Shown piece by piece: positions 7,627 through 12,921 of a stretch of DNA of 12,921 nt (the first letter of the stretch is position 1; each line of letters starts with the position of its first letter). The position numbers and the translations under genes are program-made. The notes beneath the pieces are model-generated. The model made no database searches. It was not told where the DNA came from and saw only the letters and a program-made list of their open reading frames with translations. Source of the stretch: Octopus sinensis (taxonomy: Eukaryota); assembly GCF_006345805.1 (NCBI RefSeq), contig NW_021826457.1:1-12921 (forward strand), given 5' to 3'.

Positions 7627-8043
7627 TTATATTTATATATATTAGAAATTCCCAAACAAGATATCACTTAATGAAAGGTACTATAAAAGAGAAGTTAAGA
7701 TGAAAGGAATGAGCTTACTTTAGACATGAAAATGTTCAGGTCATAAGAAGGGGGAAAAAAATGTAATGGAAGAGTCTTCCAAGGTCTGGCAGTTCAAAGA
7801 ATAAAGCTATGAATGTAGAAAAACTTTCTTATTCACGGAAGCACAACAGCATTTGGATGAAGGTGTGAGTTTTGAGTCTGGCGAGATGGCACAAAGCGAT
7901 TTGGAACAAAGAAGCAAGGAAGGAACCAATTAAATTAAAAACTTGCTTCTGAACCCGATCAAGAAGATTCAAGTGCACCAGTCCAGATATGATCACAGTA
8001 TCCCATACAAAGATTGTGGACTTTTAAAGATACAAAATAGCCT

Positions 8044-8522
8044 TCATCATTATCATCATCATCGTTTAGTGCCCGCTTTCCATGCTAGCATGGGTTGGAC
8101 GGTTGAATTGGGGTCTGGGAAGCCAGAAGGCTGCACCAGGCCCAGTCTGATCTGGCAATGTTTCTACGGCTGGATGCCCTTCCTAACGCCAACCACTCCG
8201 AGAGTGTAGTGGGTGCTTTTTACGTGCCAGACGGGCTGGCAAACGGCCATGATCGGATGGTGCTTTTTACGTGTCACCGGCACGGGGGCCAGACGAGGCT
8301 GGCAAACGGCCACGTTCAGATGGTTCTCTTACGTACCACCGGCACTGGTATCACAGCTGCAATTTCCATTGATGTTGATCGATTTCGATTTCCACTTGCC
8401 TCAACAGGTCTTCACAAGTGGAATTTTGTGTCCCAAGAAGGAAAGGTATGCATAAGTGGACTGGCTACAGCCCATGTAGAGGCCACGGGTTATGGTCTCA
8501 CTTGTCCTGCCGGGTCTTCTCA
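8044..8522 (-). mobile_element. 5'-truncated RTE-like LINE 3' end inserted in the old CR1
   Basis: Begins with ORF-terminal EKTRQDK* (TGA at 8498-8500). The 3' UTR carries three degenerate copies of a roughly 60-nt GTGCTTTTTACGTG unit, the GGCTGGATGCCCTTCCTAACGCC motif, the CCATGCTAGCATGG palindrome and an (ATG)n tail. The clade call is from recollection of octopus RTE ends. Confidence 0.75.
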
Positions 8523-9100
8523 CAAAGTCCTTTGAGTGATACAATGACCCAACTTTACAGGAAGGAAATCTACCAACTGACTGTGTGTAAGGACCTCCAA
8601 AAGATGGGGCAAGAAAGTAAAAACCAAGTGGTTCCCTTGAAAACCTTTCATCCAGCATTTTGACTATCTCACCATGTGATACTGCAAACCTGTAATCCAT
8701 GCAAATGGGAAAAAGCTAGTGAAAGACCTGAGTTTGGTCTTGCTAAGGTTGAACGTTACTAACCACTTGCTCTGTTTCTCAACAGCATGCACATCCACCT
8801 CAAGATTAGCGTCAAATTCCAACCATTTCAAAGGAGAGAGATTATCAGGAAAACCAGAATAAAGTTAAGTACCATCGTTACAACATTGATGAATTGCAGA
8901 ACATTTGGAAGGAAGATTGTTGGATGTAGAAGTGAAATAGTGTAGGATGAATAATAGAGCCTTGGAGGACATCGGTATTGATAGAGTATTGGAAAGTAAC
9001 ACTGTCCAGAGCCACATGCATACAATAACCTTTCCACATATACAATAGGCAGAGAGCTTATGGAACAAACCAGCATGCCAAATCCTAAGGTTTGGGATAT

Positions 9101-9490
9101 AGAGTGGCTGTGTGGTAAGTAGCTTGCTTACCAACCACATGGTTCCGGGTTTAGTCCCACTGCGTGGCACCTTGGGCAAGTGTCTTCTCCTATAGCCTCG
9201 GGCAGACCAAAGCTTTGTGAGTGGATTTGGTTAACGGAAACTGAAAGAAGCCCGTCGTATATATGTATATATATATGTGCGTTTGTGTGTCTGTTTGTCC
9301 TCCCAACATCGCTTGACAACCGATGCTGGTGTGTCTACGTCCCCATAACTTAGCGGTTCAGCAAAAGAGAACCGATAGAAAAAGTACTAGGCTGACAAAG
9401 AATAAGTCCTGGGGGGGGGGTCGATTTGCTCGACTAAAGGTGGTGCTCCAGCATGGCCGCAGTCAAATGACTGAAACATGTAAAAAGAGA
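9101..9490 (+). mobile_element. tRNA-derived SINE (octopus-type)
   Basis: A-box-like TGGCTGTGTGG (9105-9115) and B-box-like GGTTTAGTCCC (9148-9158, the conserved C replaced by T), then a CCTTGGGCAAGTGTCTT body, an internal (TA)/(TG) tract, and a 3' tail GGTGCTCCAGCATGGCCGCAGTCAAATGACTGAAAC followed by purine-rich sequence. Confidence 0.88.
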
Positions 9491-9822
9491 AAAAAAAAGA
9501 GAGAATGAGCTTCAACGTGAGCCTTTCCTGATTTATCCATAAATCGGTAGATTGAGACAACATGAGATATATTCCAGCAAGATGAAAAACAAGACTTAGC
9601 AAGAAAAAGATTAAATAACTTAGAGAGTAAAGGAAAACATCCCAGGAGCACCCTGCTTCAAGAGTACCACAGGAATGTTGCCAGGACTAGATGCTCCAGA
9701 CTGATCAAACCCAGAGGTCACTATGGCAACAAGTTTCAGAGTTATGACTACGAAATAAGAACCCGTTCTGTATGAGAAGGAAACTCAGAGATAATAGTGG
9801 TTTTTCTCCAATTTATATATAT

Positions 9823-10662
9823 TGTTACGGACCACCCTCGCTCAGTAGAACGGAGAATTCGCCACACAGAGAGGACCCGGTGGGGATGGCAGCGGCGAAC
9901 ACGACAACCGGCGACCGGAGATATAACGACAACAACAAACAGGAAGAGATACAGAGAGAGACGGCTGAAGGCAATTGGCTACATTTAACAACAGTTTATG
10001 CAAATATTACAACAAATACAATGTGATACATCAGGTACATCAAAGTAAATACAAGCAACAGAATCAACTGCATGCAGATGCAATATACAGTTCAGAGACA
10101 ATAGTTCGAATCCAATTAAGACAAATAACGTTCACATTAACGATACAGTTCAATACATTAGAGTCTTTCTCCTTCTTTCTCTTTAACAGTTCTTTCTTTT
10201 TCCTCTCTCCTTCTTTCTCTTATTTTTTCAACACATTAATTCTTTTTCCTTCTTTTTTTTTTCACATATCAAAACATAATTAAACACAAACCGTCAACAA
10301 CAGCCAAGTGCCCTCATACCGTAGTCCCTCTCTCTTAGCTCTGTAATACTCTCTGCCTGTCTTCCTCTTTCACATTCTCTATCATTCTCTCGCTTGTCAG
10401 CTCCTCAGATTCCCTGTTTATCTTCCTCTTTCACGTTCACTGTCATCGCAGAAACTACCTGTCACTAACTCGCTCTGTCCCCAACTGACTAACAGACTCA
10501 CATCTCCCTGCTTTTTAAGGGGTTTCCTCGAACTTTCTTTGACCGGCACAAGGCCAAGTGTCCCCTCAAAGCTCATTACTCCTTCGTGAATCTGACAGAA
10601 CAATGGATTTATTCCCAAAGTAGGTCGCAACCAACTGTCCTTAAATTGAACCATTCATAACA
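9823..10662 (-). mobile_element. Probable solo LTR (840 bp, Gypsy-like)
   Basis: TGTTA...TAACA inverted termini with a 4-bp ATAT duplication (9819-9822 and 10663-10666) and no coding remnant. The orientation is a guess from a minus-strand TTAAAAAG TATA-like box and a CATAAA poly(A)-like signal. The TSD is low-complexity. Confidence 0.6.
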
Positions 10663-10680
10663 ATATATATATATATATAT

Positions 10681-11856
10681 GATTGATTGATTGATTCTAG
10701 TTTCAGCTTATGAGCTGCGGCCATGCTGGGGCACCGCCATTTGATGTTGCTATTTGGTTTCACTTCACGAAAGCTTTCTAGCAACTGCCATTTGGTGCAT
10801 GAGAGAGTTCGTTGCAGCTGCCCTCATCTGCCCCTCCTGCAGTTCATCTGGGACACCTGACAGGAAGAGATCAAGCTTCATTTTAAAGACATCCGCATCC
10901 ACCCCATGCAGGTCTCTCAGGTTCTTCGGGAGGATATTGAAGAGCTGTGGGCCTCGGAAGCCCAGGCTATCACAGAATCTTGTCCTACATCTTGATGGCA
11001 GGTTTGGAGTCCTAGGCACCACGCAGTGGCGCCCAGTTCTGGCATTTGCGTAACTCTCGATGCCAAAGTTCAGGACACGTCCCTCCAGGATCTTCCAGAT
11101 GTATATTATGGCATATCTTTCCCGCCTACGCTCAGGGAATATAGTTTTAATCTCTTGATCTTTCTTTCCCAGTAGCTTACATTCTGCATAGAGGCTATCT
11201 TCTTCGTGTAGCTCACGTTGGATCGCCTCGAGCTCTGTGATCAACTTGACACTGGATGGTGACCATAACTGAGAGCAGTAGTCAAAGTGGCTTAGGACAA
11301 GTGTCCTCCAGAGGACCATCATGGTTTCTTGTTCTCTTGTTCTAAAGGTTCTGAGGATCCATCCGGCCAGTCGTCTACATTTCATTGCCAATTTAGCAAC
11401 ATGTCCACGAAGGTCGCGTCATCACTCATGTAAATACCAGGTCACGCACTGATTGTGCCTCTGGGATTGCTATTCCTCCGGGTCCAGTGTATTCATTGGG
11501 TATTGCATTTAGTTTTGCATGCTGATCGTATAGAGCTTGAAACTTTTCAGCATTGAACTGCATGCTATTCTTTTAGGCCCACTTGTATATTTTGTCTACC
11601 TCACATTGCAGGTGTTTAGTGTCCTCAGGATTCTGTATTGCCTGTCAAACTTTTGTATCACCTGCATAACTTGTGATCGTGGCTCTCTGCGTGGCTGAGG
11701 GCATGTCTGAGAGGGCCATTATGAACAGTAGTGGTCCCAGAACAGTGCCCTGCGGAACACCGCTCACTATTTGCGTGTTAATGGAAGTGGCCCCATTGGC
11801 TGCTACCACCTGACTTCTATCTTTCAGAAAGTCATGAAGCCATTCTCCCAGTTTTC
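10681..11856 (-). mobile_element. 5'-truncated CR1-group LINE (RT domain to 3' tail), inactive
   Basis: KLGEWLHDFLKDRSQVV...SGVPQGTVLGPLLF...SYAGDTKV* (YADD changed to YAGD at 11657-11668), two stops, frameshifts near 11400-11435, then the 208-aa C-terminal ORF (LWRTLVLSHFDYCSQLWSP) ending at 10765. The 3' tail is (AATC)n. (AT)5 or longer lies on both sides, a possible TSD. Confidence 0.93.
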
Positions 11857-11870
11857 ATATATATATGCCA

Positions 11871-12095
11871 TGTTACTACCCCAATGTCTCAGCTGGAACT
11901 GATCTACAGACTCACAGCTCCTTTTTATAAGATAGTTTCTTTGACCCTTCCTTGACCGGCAAAAGTGTAGGGGTCCTTCCAAAAGCCATCACTCTTTCTA
12001 AAACAAAGGACTATAACTTTGTATTGTAGACTTTCAGTCTCCAAGCCAAGCAAAGTAGGTAAAGAAGTACCGTGAACTGAACTCTCACAAAAACA
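11871..12095 (-). mobile_element. Fragment related to the right end of the 9823-10662 LTR
   Basis: Collinear shared blocks aactga..acagactcac, tgaccggca.aag, caaagtaggt and terminal AACA, matching about 10482-10662 at modest identity. Confidence 0.5.
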
Positions 12096-12105
12096 TATAT
12101 ATATA

Positions 12106-12136
<31 letters not shown>

Positions 12137-12416
12137 GATAATATATATATATATATTATAATCATTACAGATAAAGAGTGAAATATAATTAATTTAATAA
12201 AATCAACAAATTTCACCTAGTAGGATTTCGGTATGGAAAAGGGCCATATTCGGTAAAAACTTATATAATTATAACAATAAGGGTCTTTGCAATAAGTTGC
12301 TTGACCACATACCGAAAATTTTTGAAATAGCAGCCAGAGGACTGCTATTTCCTTTTATTACAAAAATATGTCTCCTCAGACAACTTATATATGAGTTACA
12401 AATATTGTTTTCGATA

Positions 12417-12452
<36 letters not shown>

Positions 12453-12622
12453 TATCTATATATATATATATATAATATATATTATATATATATCAGCCGA
12501 AATTACTACGATGATCCGGTTCTTGACTGAAGACTGAGGGTTTCGAATGTCCTGTCCGTTTTTTGTATCGTCTTCTAAGAGTTATACGTTCTTGTCCATG
12601 TTGTATTTTTACATACCTTCAT

Positions 12623-12679
<57 letters not shown>

Positions 12680-12727
12680 TATATATATATATATATATAT
12701 ATACATATATATACATAGATATATATA
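12096..12727. repeat. Three (TA)n/(TACA)n tracts (about 12096-12158, 12413-12492, 12625-12727) separated by unclassified unique-looking segments
   Basis: Directly visible. Confidence 0.85.
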
Positions 12728-12848
12728 CCAATCTTTTCGGTATTAGTAGACGATGTCATTCACTCTCATTTCATTTTATCTATAACATGAAGGAGTCATT
12801 GCGTGGTCGAATGAGATCCCGTAAAAACAAATGAACGAAAAACCTACA

Positions 12849-12921
12849 TACTACTACTACTTACTACCACCACCACCACCACCATCACCACTACTGCTGC
12901 TGGCTGGTGCTGGTGCTGCTG
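12849..12921. repeat. Compound trinucleotide repeat (TAC)n(CAC)n(GCT)n running off the window end
   Basis: Directly visible. Confidence 0.85.

Larger units (their letters stand above)
7705..9735 (-). mobile_element. Old, heavily decayed CR1-group LINE (RT and C-terminal region), split by RTE and SINE insertions
   Basis: Collinear minus-strand motifs across frames: GASSPGNIPVVLLK and LLSKLFNLFLAKSCFSSCW (about 9560-9710), RIWHAGLFHKL (about 9050-9090), YSINTDVLQGSIIHPTLF (about 8930-8990), KWLVTFNLSKTKL (about 8730), CMGYCDHIWTGA and LLDRVQKQV (about 7940-8010), HSFIL*TARPWKTLP and YDLNIFMSKV (about 7710-7815). Boundaries are approximate. Confidence 0.8.

Noticed and set aside
9101-9170. tRNA gene
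   Set aside because: A/B-box-like motifs are present but there is no cloverleaf. It is the SINE head.
12205-12260. Minus-strand hammerhead-like string CCGAAUAUGG...CCGAAAUCCUACUAGGUG
   Set aside because: U4 and G8 are altered, position 17 is G, and stem I does not pair next to the core. It could be a decayed relic but is not supportable.
12362-12420. Minus-strand type II hammerhead-like arrangement GAAAAC...GUA...CUGAGGA
   Set aside because: It has an extra A in the core and only 2 bp of stem I, and stem II borrows microsatellite bases. CTGANGA is expected a few times by chance in a window this size.
12493-12560. CCGAAA...CTGAAGA...CGAA motifs resembling a hammerhead on either strand
   Set aside because: No orientation or permutation gives a G10.1-C11.1 pair together with stems I and III.

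Overview
AT-rich, microsatellite-dense eukaryotic DNA. The SINE and LINE tails match my recollection of octopus/coleoid repeats, so the species is an inference. One host gene is supported: the last two coding exons (281-328 and 5124-5512, + strand) of a divergent TNF-superfamily ligand, which the ORF track captures only partly. The rest is a stack of mobile elements: a complete but decayed Tc1 (DD34E), an internally deleted mariner, a hAT/Charlie-type MITE, an old CR1-group LINE carrying nested RTE and tRNA-SINE insertions, a probable solo LTR, and a younger CR1-group LINE. The most unexpected signal is three type I hammerhead ribozyme folds. One is in the TNF intron (3351-3423, - strand) and differs from the canonical core by a CpG-type change at catalytic G12. 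The other two are mirror images in the arms of a 169-bp-arm inverted repeat (7081-7445) about 1.6-1.9 kb downstream of the TNF stop codon. The + strand copy (7299-7384) keeps a full core and an unusually long stem II. All folds and translations were done by eye, with no database searches.
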